From the NCBI GenBank assembly GCA_963728445.1, contig CAVSJO010000006.1, forward strand, positions 1,279,138-1,343,137: a stretch of DNA of 64,000 bases, read 5' to 3'. A model generated the notes under the pieces. The model ran no database searches and was not told the origin of the DNA. It saw only the letters and a list, made by a program, of their open reading frames with translations. The translations under genes were made by a program, and so were the position numbers. The stretch comes from an uncultured Gemmatimonadales bacterium. GTDB taxonomy: Bacteria > Gemmatimonadota > Gemmatimonadetes > Longimicrobiales > RSA9. Positions 30,629 to 40,280 of the stretch are shown in pieces (the first letter of the stretch is position 1; every line of letters starts with the position of its first letter).

Positions 30629-31321
30629 ATGCTGTCCCTCTACTGGTTCGCCCTCATCGTGGGCGGCGGGATGCTCCTCGTCTCCCTGCTCGGCGACCTC
30701 TTCGGCGACGTGCTCGGCGGCCACGACGCGGACGTAGGCTTCGGCGGTCACGACGTCGAGCTCGGCGCCGGCGGCCACGAGATCGAGTTGTCGACGTCGG
30801 GTGCACAGGGCGACGTCGCTCTCGGCGCGCACGCCCTGACGCACGCGCCCGGCATGGCGGAATCCACCGGTGCGTCGTCCCCGGGCCCCGACGTGCAGGC
30901 CACGCGGATCCTCTCGCTGCGGACGATCACCTACTTCCTGTTCGGGTTCGGAGCCACCGGGCTGCTGCTGTCGCGCTTCGCGCCGGACGCGAGTCGGCTG
31001 CTCGCCGCGGCGGCGAGTGGCACCTGTGGCGTGCTGGCGGCGGGCATCAGCATCGCCGTTTTCGGATGGGTGCGCTCCACCGAAGCCGGCGAGCGGGAGA
31101 GCGAGAGCAGCTTCATCGGGCTGGCCGCAACCGTCGTGCTGCCCGTCGATCCGACGCGCTCCGGCCGGATTCGGGTCCGGCGCGGCGAGCGGGAGTACGA
31201 GCTGCGGGCGCGGCCCTTCGGGTCCGATCCCGTGGCGAGCGACGTCGGCAGCGACGTCGTCATCGTGGAGATGCACGAGGGCACCGCCCTCGTCGCCCCC
31301 TTCGATTCACCTGCGGAGTAG
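30629..31321 (+). CDS. NfeD-like membrane protein
   Basis: N-terminal TM region plus C-terminal OB-fold-like region; immediately upstream of a flotillin gene. Confidence 0.6.
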   Translation: MLSLYWFALIVGGGMLLVSLLGDLFGDVLGGHDADVGFGGHDVELGAGGHEIELSTSGAQGDVALGAHALTHAPGMAESTGASSPGPDVQATRILSLRTITYFLFGFGATGLLLSRFAPDASRLLAAAASGTCGVLAAGISIAVFGWVRSTEAGERESESSFIGLAATVVLPVDPTRSGRIRVRRGEREYELRARPFGSDPVASDVGSDVVIVEMHEGTALVAPFDSPAE

Positions 31322-31331
31322 GAGTCCCCTG

Positions 31332-32669
31332 ATGCTGGAAAGCTTCGGCGTGGCGGCGGGATTGGTCGTGTTCGTGGCCGTGCTCGTGGTCGTGTGGACG
31401 ATCAGCAACCTCATCATCATCGTGCCGCCGAACCGGGCCGCCGTGATCACCGGTCGACGACGCTCCCTGAGCGATGGGCGCCGCGTCGGGTATCGCGCGG
31501 TCATCGGCGGCCGCACGATTCGCATCCCGATCCTGGAGAGCGTCCAGTACGTCTCGCTCGAGACCATTCCGCTGGAGATCGTGGTCAGCAACGCGTTCTC
31601 GAAGGGAAACATTCCCCTCAACGTGCAGGCGATCGCGAACGTGAAGATCGCGTCCGAGCCCGAAACGGACTTCAACAACGCCGTCGAGAGACTTCTCGAC
31701 AAGCTGCCGGAGGAGATCGAAGGGCTGGCCAAGGAGACGCTCACGGGCAACCTGCGGGGCGTGCTGGCCACGCTGACGCCCGAGCAGGTGAACGAGGATC
31801 GCCTCATGTTCGCGCAGAATCTGGCGGAGGAGGCCGAGAACGATCTGAAGAAGCTGGGCTTCTCACTGGACGTGCTGAAGATCCAGAACGTCACGGACGA
31901 AGTCGGCTACCTCGAGGCGATGGGTCGGAAGAAGACCGCGCAGGTCATCAAGGAGGCCGAGGTCGCGGAAGCGGAGAACCAGTCGGAGACGCGGCAGAAG
32001 AAGGCGTCCGCGGACCAGGCCGCCGCCGTCGCGGAGGCCGGGGCCCAGATCCAGATCTCCGAAGCCCAGACGCAGCTCAAGGTGCGCCAGGCGGAGCTCC
32101 GGCAGGAGTCGGAGACCGCCGACAAGATCGCCGCCGTCGCCGCCGAGCGCGCCGAGGTCGAGGCGCAGCGGGAGCTGCAGCAGCGCCGGACCGAGACCGA
32201 GCGCGAGCGGCTCAACGCAGACGTGATCACACCGGCCGAGGCCGAGCGGACCGCCGCCGAGTCCCGCGCGAAGGGCGCCGCCGCCCCCATCCTCGAGACA
32301 GGCCGCGCGCAGGCCCAGGTCCTCGAGCTGCTCTTCTCCACCATCCGCGAGGGTGGTGAGCGCGGCTTCCAGGTCTTCATGGCCGAGAAGCTGCCCGCCC
32401 TCATGGAGCAGGCCTCGGGCGCCGTCCAGGGGATCGACATCGACCGCATGGTGGTTGTCGACGGGGGCAACGGGGACGGCGTGGCGAACGTGGCGAATCA
32501 GCGCTTCCGCGGCGCCCTCTCTCTCGTCGAGCAGCTCTCGAGCGCATTCGGCGTGGACGTGGAGGCGGTGCTGCGGGCCGTCGGACGCCGCGCCGGCGAC
32601 GGCGCGGGCGTGACGGTCACGCCCGTGTCCAGCGAGAACCTCGGTCCGGTACGGACGGCGCCGAAGTAG
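31332..32669 (+). CDS. Flotillin / SPFH (band 7) family protein
   Basis: N-terminal TM, SPFH domain, long EA-rich coiled coil. Confidence 0.85.
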   Translation: MLESFGVAAGLVVFVAVLVVVWTISNLIIIVPPNRAAVITGRRRSLSDGRRVGYRAVIGGRTIRIPILESVQYVSLETIPLEIVVSNAFSKGNIPLNVQAIANVKIASEPETDFNNAVERLLDKLPEEIEGLAKETLTGNLRGVLATLTPEQVNEDRLMFAQNLAEEAENDLKKLGFSLDVLKIQNVTDEVGYLEAMGRKKTAQVIKEAEVAEAENQSETRQKKASADQAAAVAEAGAQIQISEAQTQLKVRQAELRQESETADKIAAVAAERAEVEAQRELQQRRTETERERLNADVITPAEAERTAAESRAKGAAAPILETGRAQAQVLELLFSTIREGGERGFQVFMAEKLPALMEQASGAVQGIDIDRMVVVDGGNGDGVANVANQRFRGALSLVEQLSSAFGVDVEAVLRAVGRRAGDGAGVTVTPVSSENLGPVRTAPK

Positions 32670-35331
32670 CCGTGGGCCGGATGCGGATGAGCTGGCCGAT
32701 CAGCGCCGGCATCAGGGAGAAGCCGAGAACGACAACCCACTCGCGCCAGGTCAGCGGGCGCGTGTCCAGCACGGCCACCAGCGGCGGGGCGTAGACGGCC
32801 AGAACCTGGAGCACGAGCACGAGCGCCACGGCTCCGAGCGCCCACGGGTTCGAGAACGCGCGCCGCGGCCGAAGGACGGGCTCGCGGCTGCGCGCTGTAC
32901 CGAGATGGAAGAGCTGGGCGAGCGCCAGCGTCACGAAGCTGACCGTGATGGCGTGGTCCGGCGCGCCGAACGCGCCCGAAGTCATGATCACGAAGGGCAG
33001 CAGCGTCGCGGCCGTGATCAGCGCGGCGTAGAAGCCGACCGCGCGCACGAACGGCCCCGATAGGATCGCCTCGCCCGGCCTGCGGGGGCGCCGTTTCATG
33101 ATCGACCGCTCCGCGGGCTCGAGCGCCAGCGCCAGCGCCGGGAACGTGTCGGTCACGAGGTTCAGCCACAGGATCTGGAGCGGCGTGAGCGGCAGCGGCA
33201 GTCCAGCGATTCCGGCGATCAGCAGGACGAGCAGCTCCGCCAGATTGCAGCTGAAGAGATAGAAGACGAACTTCCGGATGTTGTCGTAGATGACGCGGCC
33301 CTCCTCGACCGCCGCGCCGATCGTGCGGAAGCGGTCGTCCTGGAGCACCACGTCCGCCGCCTCCTTGGCGACGTCGGTGCCGCGCATCCCCATCGCCACG
33401 CCGACATCCGCCTTCTTCAGCGCCGCCGCGTCGTTCACCCCGTCACCGATCATCGCGACGATGTCGCCGCGGGCCTGGAATGCGGCGACGATCTCCAGCT
33501 TGTCCTCGGGACTCACGCGGCTGAAGACGCTGACGTCCCCCACGCGGCTTGCCAGCGCGTCGCCCCGCAGGTGCTGGAGCTCGCGGCCGCCCAGCACCCG
33601 GGCGCCATCGTGGGCGAGGCCGAGGGAACGGGCGACGGCCCGGGCCGTGGGTGCCTGGTCCCCCGTGATCATGACCGTGCGGATGCCCGCGCCGCGCAGC
33701 ACCCGGATCGTATCCTCGACGCCCTCCGCCGGTGGGTCCGTCAGGCCGATCAGCCCGACGAACGCGAGCCCACGCAGCGCGGCTGCCGTGGGGGCTTCGA
33801 CGGGCCCACAGGCCAGCGCCAGCACGCGCTGACCGTCGCCGGCCATCGCCTCGTTCCGCGCCACGATGCGGTCGCGCTCGGTGTCCTCCAGCCGCCGCTC
33901 GCCGCCCTCCGTCAACAGCCGGTCGCACGTCGCGAGTACGCGGCCGGGTGCGCCCTTCACGTGGGCCACGAGCGTGCCGTCCGCAGCGCGGTGGAACGTG
34001 GCCATCAGGCCGCGCGCGCTGGAGAACGGCAGCTCCGCCTCTTCGGGCCAGCTCCCGAGCAGTTGAGCCCGCTCTGCGCCCGCCGAACGCGCCATCTCGA
34101 GAAGGGCCGCGTCCGTCGGTGTGCCGCGCACGGTCGACCCCGTCGACGCCTCCTCCACTCGCGCACGATTCGCGAGCGCCGCGATCCGGAGGGCGACGGC
34201 GCCCACGACGTCCGCAGCGGGATCCACCGGACGGCCCTCTTCCAGGAACCGGTCGGCGTGCCCGGCGGCAACGATGCGAAGCTCCCGGTGGGGAAGCCAC
34301 AGCGTCGTGGCTCTCATGGTTCCGGCCGTCAGCGTGCCCGTCTTGTCCGTGCACACCACCGTCACGGAGCCCAACGTCTCGACCGACGGCAGGCGCCGGA
34401 CGAGCGCGCGCCGCCGGGCCATGCGCCGAACGCCCACGGCCAGCGCGATCGTCGCCACGGCCGGCAGCCCCTCGGGGACGGCGGCGATCGCCAGCGCGAT
34501 CCCCGTCTCCAGCATCAGCGCGAGTGATCGGCCATGCAGCGCGCCGATCCCGGCCACAACCGCCGCGACGCCCAGCGCGAACGCCACCAGCCGGCGGCCC
34601 AGCGCGTCCAGGCGCTGCTCCAGCGGGGTGTCCTGCTCAGCGACGTCGGAGACGAGCTTGCCGATGCGACCCAGCTCCGTCTGCATCCCCGTCGCGACGA
34701 CCAGAACCCGCGCTGTCCCCGCCGCCGTCGTGGTCCCCTTGTAGACCATGGACGAACGCTCCGGCAGCGGCGCGTCGGGGGCGACGGGGGCGCTCGACTT
34801 CGCCACCGGCATCGACTCGCCCGTCAGCGGGGCCTCGTCGACGTGCAGGTCCGCCTCCTCGAGCACCCGGCCATCCGCGGGCACCGAGGCGCCGGCCTCC
34901 AGCAGGACGACGTCTCCCGGAGCGAGATCCCGCGCGGCGACGGTGCGCGCCCTGCCCTCGCGCACCACCACTGCGCGTGGCGCCTCGAGCCGAAGCAGCG
35001 CTTCCATGGCCCGGCGCGCGCGCAACTCCGTGAAGAAGCCGAGCAGGGTGTTGAGAACGAGGACCACGGCGATCGCCGCGGCCTCCAGCGCGTCGCCCGT
35101 GACCAGGGCGATCCCTGCCGCCGCCGCGAGCAGCAGCACGACCACGCCGCGGAGCTGGTCCAGCAGGATGCGCCAGGCTGAGCGCGGCCGGGTGGTGGAG
35201 AGCGCATTCGGGCCGTGGCGTACCCGGCGCGACTCGGCCTCGGCCTCCGCGAGGCCGTCCCTGCCACTCTCCTGCCGCGCCAGCGCGACGGCCGGGTCGA
35301 GGGAATGATAGGCGGGCACGCCAGCCGTCAT
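32617..35331 (-). CDS. Cation-transporting P-type ATPase, type II (Ca2+/Mg2+-like)
   Basis: DKTGTLT phosphorylation motif, TGES, PEGL in TM4, MIGDGVNDAAALKKADVGVAMG hinge; the listed start at 35601 is R-rich junk, so I used internal ATG 35331. Confidence 0.85.
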   Translation of the reverse strand: MTAGVPAYHSLDPAVALARQESGRDGLAEAEAESRRVRHGPNALSTTRPRSAWRILLDQLRGVVVLLLAAAAGIALVTGDALEAAAIAVVLVLNTLLGFFTELRARRAMEALLRLEAPRAVVVREGRARTVAARDLAPGDVVLLEAGASVPADGRVLEEADLHVDEAPLTGESMPVAKSSAPVAPDAPLPERSSMVYKGTTTAAGTARVLVVATGMQTELGRIGKLVSDVAEQDTPLEQRLDALGRRLVAFALGVAAVVAGIGALHGRSLALMLETGIALAIAAVPEGLPAVATIALAVGVRRMARRRALVRRLPSVETLGSVTVVCTDKTGTLTAGTMRATTLWLPHRELRIVAAGHADRFLEEGRPVDPAADVVGAVALRIAALANRARVEEASTGSTVRGTPTDAALLEMARSAGAERAQLLGSWPEEAELPFSSARGLMATFHRAADGTLVAHVKGAPGRVLATCDRLLTEGGERRLEDTERDRIVARNEAMAGDGQRVLALACGPVEAPTAAALRGLAFVGLIGLTDPPAEGVEDTIRVLRGAGIRTVMITGDQAPTARAVARSLGLAHDGARVLGGRELQHLRGDALASRVGDVSVFSRVSPEDKLEIVAAFQARGDIVAMIGDGVNDAAALKKADVGVAMGMRGTDVAKEAADVVLQDDRFRTIGAAVEEGRVIYDNIRKFVFYLFSCNLAELLVLLIAGIAGLPLPLTPLQILWLNLVTDTFPALALALEPAERSIMKRRPRRPGEAILSGPFVRAVGFYAALITAATLLPFVIMTSGAFGAPDHAITVSFVTLALAQLFHLGTARSREPVLRPRRAFSNPWALGAVALVLVLQVLAVYAPPLVAVLDTRPLTWREWVVVLGFSLMPALIGQLIRIRPTATSAPSVPDRGSRWTRA

Positions 35332-35572
35332 CGGTCTTCCCGCCTCCCGTTCGGTACGACGAACGGATCCGTTCGTCGGATCCGGTCTCGATTCGGTCCG
35401 CCACATCACGCCCCAATGGTATCGCGCGACGTCGCGCCGGGCGAGGCACGTCCGTCCCCCACCGCCGCGGGTCGACACACCGCCTACCCGTGGCCGAGGC
35501 GACCGGGTTGCGGCGGACCCGCCCCTCGCGTACTTCGTAGGGGTTATCCCGACCGCGAGGCGCAACACAGCC

Positions 35573-35974
35573 GTGAACCGATCAGGCAGGCACACACGCA
35601 TCCGGGCCGCGCTTCTCGCCTCCCTCTATCTGCTCGTTACGACGAGCGTCGAGGCGGTGGGATGGCACCATTGCCCGCATCACGCGGGACTGATGGCGCC
35701 GTCCGCTCCGGTCAGCCACGCTCACGGCCACGAGGGGGCCTTCTCCGCGCACGTCGAAGCGGGCCGTGGGCTCCCCTGCGACGGCAGCGGGCCGTGCACG
35801 TGCATCGGCAGGATGGCCCCGCCTGGGGACCATCTGCCGGCGCCGTCAGCATCGAACACGATCCTGACGGCCGAAGCTGGGTCCGGGCCGGCCCCGCCCG
35901 CGCGCCGCCGGCTCGCGAGCGGGCCTCGCCCCCGCATGCAGCCTCCCGCAACCGCTCCCCCGTCGAGCGTCTGA
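35573..35974 (+). CDS. Hypothetical secreted His/Cys-rich small protein (HHCPHH, HAHGHEG, CDGSGPCTC)
   Basis: Signal-peptide-like N-terminus; mixed codon bias; sits between the divergent ATPase and the His-rich OMP. Confidence 0.25.
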   Translation: MNRSGRHTRIRAALLASLYLLVTTSVEAVGWHHCPHHAGLMAPSAPVSHAHGHEGAFSAHVEAGRGLPCDGSGPCTCIGRMAPPGDHLPAPSASNTILTAEAGSGPAPPARRRLASGPRPRMQPPATAPPSSV

Positions 35975-36041
35975 TATCCGAATCCGCCCCGCCGCCGTTC
36001 GCGGCGGGCAGGCGCACATCCAGGACGGGAAGATCATCGCC

Positions 36042-36983
36042 ATGACGACCAATCGAGGCGTCCGCCTCCGCGCGCTCGCCGTTCTCGCCGCGGCCGCGAC
36101 GCTGGTCGCGCCGCAGGCCTTGCGGGCGCAGGAACACGAGCATGAGCACGAGCACGGCGAGCAGCACGAGCACGGGGAGGACCAGCACGAGCACGAGGAA
36201 GAGGGCCATCACCACGGGGCGCTGCACTTCTCCCACCCGCTGGTGGCCGAATCGGTGACTCCGGATACAAAGTTCCGGCTCGACGCCCATTACTCCGACG
36301 GGGACGGCGGCTCGACGCTGGAGATGGAGTTCGAGGCGGAGTACGCGTTCGCGCCGGCGTTCAGCATCGAGGTGGGCGCGTCGCCATACACGCACGCGGA
36401 CCCTGCCGCCGCGAAAGTCTTCCCGGTCGCACGGACGGCGCCGCCGATCCGGGCGCACCTGGCGCCCGGCGAAGCGGGCACCGCCGAGGACGCGTTCAGC
36501 GACTTCGACGTGGCCCTGAAGTTCGCGAACTTCGCCTTCGCGGAGCACGGCGTGTTGCTCGGCTACGGCGCCACCCTCGGCTTCCCTCTGCGCACGGGGG
36601 ACGAGCCGGTCCACGCCATCACGTCCGTGGAGCCCTTCCTGAACGTTGGCTACCAGAAGGCGGGGTGGGAGCTCGAGGGCTTCGCGCGCTTCGCCATCCC
36701 GACGGCGGGGGAGGCCGGCGGTCCGGGCAACGCGGACCTCGGAACGAACGTCTCCGTGCTGCGTCACCTCGGCGATCAGGTCCAGGCACTCTTCGAGATG
36801 GACTCGGCCTCGCCCCTGGGCGGAGGCGACGATCCGACGCTCGTCCACCTTACGCCCGGACTCAAGGTGCGCCCCATCGCCTCGAACGAGCACCTCATCA
36901 TCGGGGCCGGCCTGCGCTTTCCCGTCAGCTCGGCGAAGACCTTCGGCGAACAGGCAATCGTGTCCGTGTTCTGGCACTTCTGA
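36042..36983 (+). CDS. Outer-membrane beta-barrel protein with N-terminal histidine-rich region
   Basis: Signal peptide; QEHEHEHEHGEQHEHGEDQHEHEEEGHHHG; C-terminal ..VFWHF aromatic terminus typical of OMPs. Confidence 0.6.
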   Translation: MTTNRGVRLRALAVLAAAATLVAPQALRAQEHEHEHEHGEQHEHGEDQHEHEEEGHHHGALHFSHPLVAESVTPDTKFRLDAHYSDGDGGSTLEMEFEAEYAFAPAFSIEVGASPYTHADPAAAKVFPVARTAPPIRAHLAPGEAGTAEDAFSDFDVALKFANFAFAEHGVLLGYGATLGFPLRTGDEPVHAITSVEPFLNVGYQKAGWELEGFARFAIPTAGEAGGPGNADLGTNVSVLRHLGDQVQALFEMDSASPLGGGDDPTLVHLTPGLKVRPIASNEHLIIGAGLRFPVSSAKTFGEQAIVSVFWHF

Positions 36984-37069
36984 TCAAGAAGGCACTCGCG
37001 CCCGCGGCCGCACGCGTCCGTCGTGGAGTACAGACTCCAGCCTCGGGGGGGCGAGGGGGCCCGAACGAA

Positions 37070-37103
37070 GCGGCGCCGCCCCGAATTTTCGGGGCGGCGC
37101 CGC
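37070..37103. terminator. Bidirectional rho-independent terminator
   Basis: Perfect 13-bp inverted repeat GCGGCGCCGCCCC / GGGGCGGCGCCGC with loop GAATTTTC, followed by TTTGACA; between convergent genes. Confidence 0.7.
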
Positions 37104-37128
37104 TTTGACAATGCCGGGGAGAGGTCCG

Positions 37129-37491
37129 TCAGCGCGACGACGCGGCGGTCGCGACCTTGTCCACGTACGTGTCGATGTTCGCGATGACGTCCACGACCTG
37201 CCCCTTATTCTCGGCGCCGACGAGGGCCTGCGCGAACTGAAGGAGCGACGTGCGGATCGCCTCCTTGTTCGGCCCGGAGCGGCGCCGGCGCGAGCCCGTA
37301 CGCCGCCGTGGCGGCGCCATCTTGCGCTTGACCTGGAGAGGGTAGCGGGCGTTGAACTGGCGCGCCGAGAGCTTCTCCATCCCTTTGTCGATCTTCTTCG
37401 CCTTCTCGTAGAGCTCAGCGGTCGTGACGTTCGGGTTCTTGCCGATCTCGTCCTCGACCATCTTCATGACCTTCGCGTTCACGTCCGCCAT
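37129..37491 (-). CDS. Hypothetical basic (K/R-rich) protein
   Basis: Internal ATG (MADVNAKVMKM); strong GC3 bias. Confidence 0.5.
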   Translation of the reverse strand: MADVNAKVMKMVEDEIGKNPNVTTAELYEKAKKIDKGMEKLSARQFNARYPLQVKRKMAPPRRRTGSRRRRSGPNKEAIRTSLLQFAQALVGAENKGQVVDVIANIDTYVDKVATAASSR

Positions 37492-37726
37492 GTGCGCCCC
37501 TCTCCGGCCTGTCGCCCGAGGTCTGCGTGTGGATGATGTCTTGGGGGAGTTCCCCGGTATAATGAACGGAAGTGCCGGAAAGTCAAGCGGCCCGGCATAG
37601 TGCATCGACGCACGCGCGGCGATGGCGGCGCGGAACGGGGGAAGACGGGGACCGCCGGTGGCGCGCCCGGTGCATTGTCCCCATATTGTCGCGCCCTCAA
37701 CCGATAGAGGAGACCCAGGGACGACG

Positions 37727-38044
37727 ATGAACCAGCGACTGCTTTCCGGCGCCTCGCGCGTGATCCTGATCCTAGCCTTCGGCACCGGCCTGGCCGCGTG
37801 CGGTGCGAGCTCCGACTACGACCGGGGCCCCACGAAGGCGCCGCTCACGGACATGAACCTCGTCGTGACCCCGGAGCCGTCGACCGAGATGAGCCGGATG
37901 GGCCAGCCCGTGGCGATCCCGCGGCTCACACCGACGGGCGAGCTGGCGAGCGTCGACAGCCAGGTCCCCCTCTCCGACACCGCGCGGGCGGTCCACCCGG
38001 ACACCACGCGGCCGGCGCCGGCGGCTGGCGGGGCGTCGAAGTAG
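37727..38044 (+). CDS. Small lipoprotein
   Basis: GAGGAG RBS; lipobox GLAAC. Confidence 0.55.
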   Translation: MNQRLLSGASRVILILAFGTGLAACGASSDYDRGPTKAPLTDMNLVVTPEPSTEMSRMGQPVAIPRLTPTGELASVDSQVPLSDTARAVHPDTTRPAPAAGGASK

Positions 38045-38120
38045 CGCTGCGACGTCGCCTCCACAGCCGCGGGGCGACCGTCCGACGCCCGCTCCGCTGA
38101 GATCCGGAGCCGGCAGGAGC

Positions 38121-38411
38121 TCAGGGAAAGGGAGGCCGCGGGCGCAGCGCCCGCTGATACAGCTCGATACGATCCTTCTGCGTCAGCTCCCGAGCCCGGT
38201 CAAGCGCGACCCCGGGCGGGACATGCCACCCGACGCCCGTCGTGGGTGGCTCGATGTCCGAGAGGACTCCGTCCCGCCGGAAGATCAGCGCGTTGTGCCA
38301 GGTGCCGTCCTCGTCGGGCTCGGATCGGACCCACACCTCGTGGCGCTGTCCTTCGACGATGAGTGAATCGAGGCGTTCCTCGATGGCGTGATCGTCGCGT
38401 CGCATCGGCAT
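38121..38411 (-). CDS. Hypothetical small protein
   Basis: C-terminal 96 aa of an artefactual long ORF; good GC3 bias; would overlap the lyase gene if that starts at 38388. Confidence 0.35.
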   Translation of the reverse strand: MPMRRDDHAIEERLDSLIVEGQRHEVWVRSEPDEDGTWHNALIFRRDGVLSDIEPPTTGVGWHVPPGVALDRARELTQKDRIELYQRALRPRPPFP

Positions 38412-39818
38412 CCCCCCGGAGGCGCTGAAGTGCGCACAATCATCGAGCCGTTCAGGATCAAGGTCGTCGAGCCAATCCGGATGACGTCCCGCGCCGAGCG
38501 CGCGGACTTCCTCCGGGAAGCAGGCTACAACGTCTTTCGCTTGCGCGCCGACGACGTCCTGATCGATCTGCTCACGGACAGCGGCACGGCGGCCATGAGC
38601 GCGGAGCAGTGGGCCGGCATCATGCGCGGCGACGAAGCGTACGCCGGCAGCCGGTCCTTCTATCGGTTCGAGTCGGCCGTCCGCGACCTGTTCGGCTTCC
38701 GTCACGTCATCCCGACCCACCAGGGCCGCGCGGCCGAGCGCATCCTCTTCAGCACCGTCTGCAGGGCCGGCGACGTCGTGCCGAACAACACGCACTTCGA
38801 CACCACACGAGCCAACATCGAGGCGGTGGGCGCGCGTGCAGTCGACCTGCCCGCGCCCCACGCGAAGAACCTGCAAGAGGCGCACCCGTTCAAGGGCGAC
38901 CTCGACGTCGCTGCCCTCGAGCGCGTCATCGACGACGTCGGCGCGGACCGGATCCCGCTCTGCATGATCACCGTCACGAACAACTCGGGCGGCGGCCAGC
39001 CGGTCTCCATGGCCAACCTGAAGAAGGTGGGCTCCACGTGCCGCAAGCACGGGATTCCCCTGTACATCGACGCCTGCCGGTTCGCCGAGAATGCGTACCT
39101 GATCAAGCTGCGGGAAGGGGGCTACGCCGACCGGCCCGTGAAGGAAATCGTGCGAGAGATGTTCGCCCAGGCCGATGGCTGCACCTTCTCCGCCAAGAAG
39201 GACGCGATCGCCAACATCGGCGGCCTGCTCGCCACCAACGATGATCGCGTCGCCGAGCAGGAGAAGGACCTGCTCATCCTGACGGAGGGGTTTCCCACGT
39301 ACGGCGGACTCGCCGGCCGCGACCTGGAGGCCATCGCCGTCGGCCTCGAGGAGGTCGTCCACGAAGATTACCTCCAGTACCGAATTGCGTCGGTGCGCTA
39401 TCTCGGCGAGCACGTGGCCCGGGAGGGCGTGCCCATCGTGCAGCCGCCCGGCGGGCATGCCATCTACATCGACGCCGCGGCGTTCCTCCCCCACGTCGAG
39501 CCCCTACGCCTGCCCGGCCAGTCCCTCGTCGCCGAGCTGTACCTCGAGGGCGGCGTCCGCGCCGTCGAGATCGGCACCGTCATGTTCGGCCGCCGCGATC
39601 CCGCGACCGGCGAGGAGACGACGGCGCCCATCGAGCTCGTCCGCCTCGCGGTGCCTCGCCGCGTCTATACCCAGAGCCACATCGACTACGTCGTCGAGGT
39701 CATCCTCGACGTCTGGCGCCGCCGTGAGGACATCGGCGGCTTCCGCATCACGAAGCAGGCTCCCGTGCTGCGCCACTTCACGGCGCTGTTCGAGCCCGAC
39801 TACACGTTCGGAGGCTGA
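38388..39818 (+). CDS. Beta-eliminating lyase, tryptophanase / tyrosine phenol-lyase family
   Basis: EPFRIKVVEP, DLLTDSGT, PLP-lysine region SAKKDAIANIGG; start uncertain (ATG 38388 or GTG 38430). Confidence 0.85.
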   Translation: MIVASHRHPPGGAEVRTIIEPFRIKVVEPIRMTSRAERADFLREAGYNVFRLRADDVLIDLLTDSGTAAMSAEQWAGIMRGDEAYAGSRSFYRFESAVRDLFGFRHVIPTHQGRAAERILFSTVCRAGDVVPNNTHFDTTRANIEAVGARAVDLPAPHAKNLQEAHPFKGDLDVAALERVIDDVGADRIPLCMITVTNNSGGGQPVSMANLKKVGSTCRKHGIPLYIDACRFAENAYLIKLREGGYADRPVKEIVREMFAQADGCTFSAKKDAIANIGGLLATNDDRVAEQEKDLLILTEGFPTYGGLAGRDLEAIAVGLEEVVHEDYLQYRIASVRYLGEHVAREGVPIVQPPGGHAIYIDAAAFLPHVEPLRLPGQSLVAELYLEGGVRAVEIGTVMFGRRDPATGEETTAPIELVRLAVPRRVYTQSHIDYVVEVILDVWRRREDIGGFRITKQAPVLRHFTALFEPDYTFGG

Positions 39819-40267
39819 TGTCAAAGCGACAGCGCCACGCCGCCATCCTCGAGCTCGTGCAGGAGAACCGCATCCCCAGCCAGGAGAGCCTCCGCGAGCT
39901 CCTCGCCAAGCGCGGCTTCGACGTCACGCAGGCGACCCTGTCCCGGGACATCCGCGAGCTGCGCCTCGTGAAAGTCCCCGATTCCGGCGGCCACGCCCGA
40001 TACGCCCTCCCCCCCGAGACCTGGGAGCAGACGCCCCCCCTCCAGCGCCTGCTGCCGACCCTGTTCGTCGGCGCCGAGGGCACGGGCAACCTTCTCGTCC
40101 TCAAGACCCTCACCGGCGGCGCCCAGCCCGTCGCCGTCGCCCTCGACTGGGAGGAATGGCCCGAGATCCTCGGCACCATCGCCGGCGACGATACCATCCT
40201 CGTCATTCTGCGGGACGCCACTCAGCTGGAGTCCGTCCAGTCACGCATCGAGGGGATGGTCGGATAG
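39818..40267 (+). CDS. argR: Arginine repressor
   Basis: N-terminal winged helix (QATLSRDIRELRLVKV); C-terminal oligomerisation domain ending GDDTILVI; ATGA overlap with the lyase stop. Confidence 0.85.
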   Translation: MSKRQRHAAILELVQENRIPSQESLRELLAKRGFDVTQATLSRDIRELRLVKVPDSGGHARYALPPETWEQTPPLQRLLPTLFVGAEGTGNLLVLKTLTGGAQPVAVALDWEEWPEILGTIAGDDTILVILRDATQLESVQSRIEGMVG

Positions 40268-40280
40268 ATGGGACTACGGG

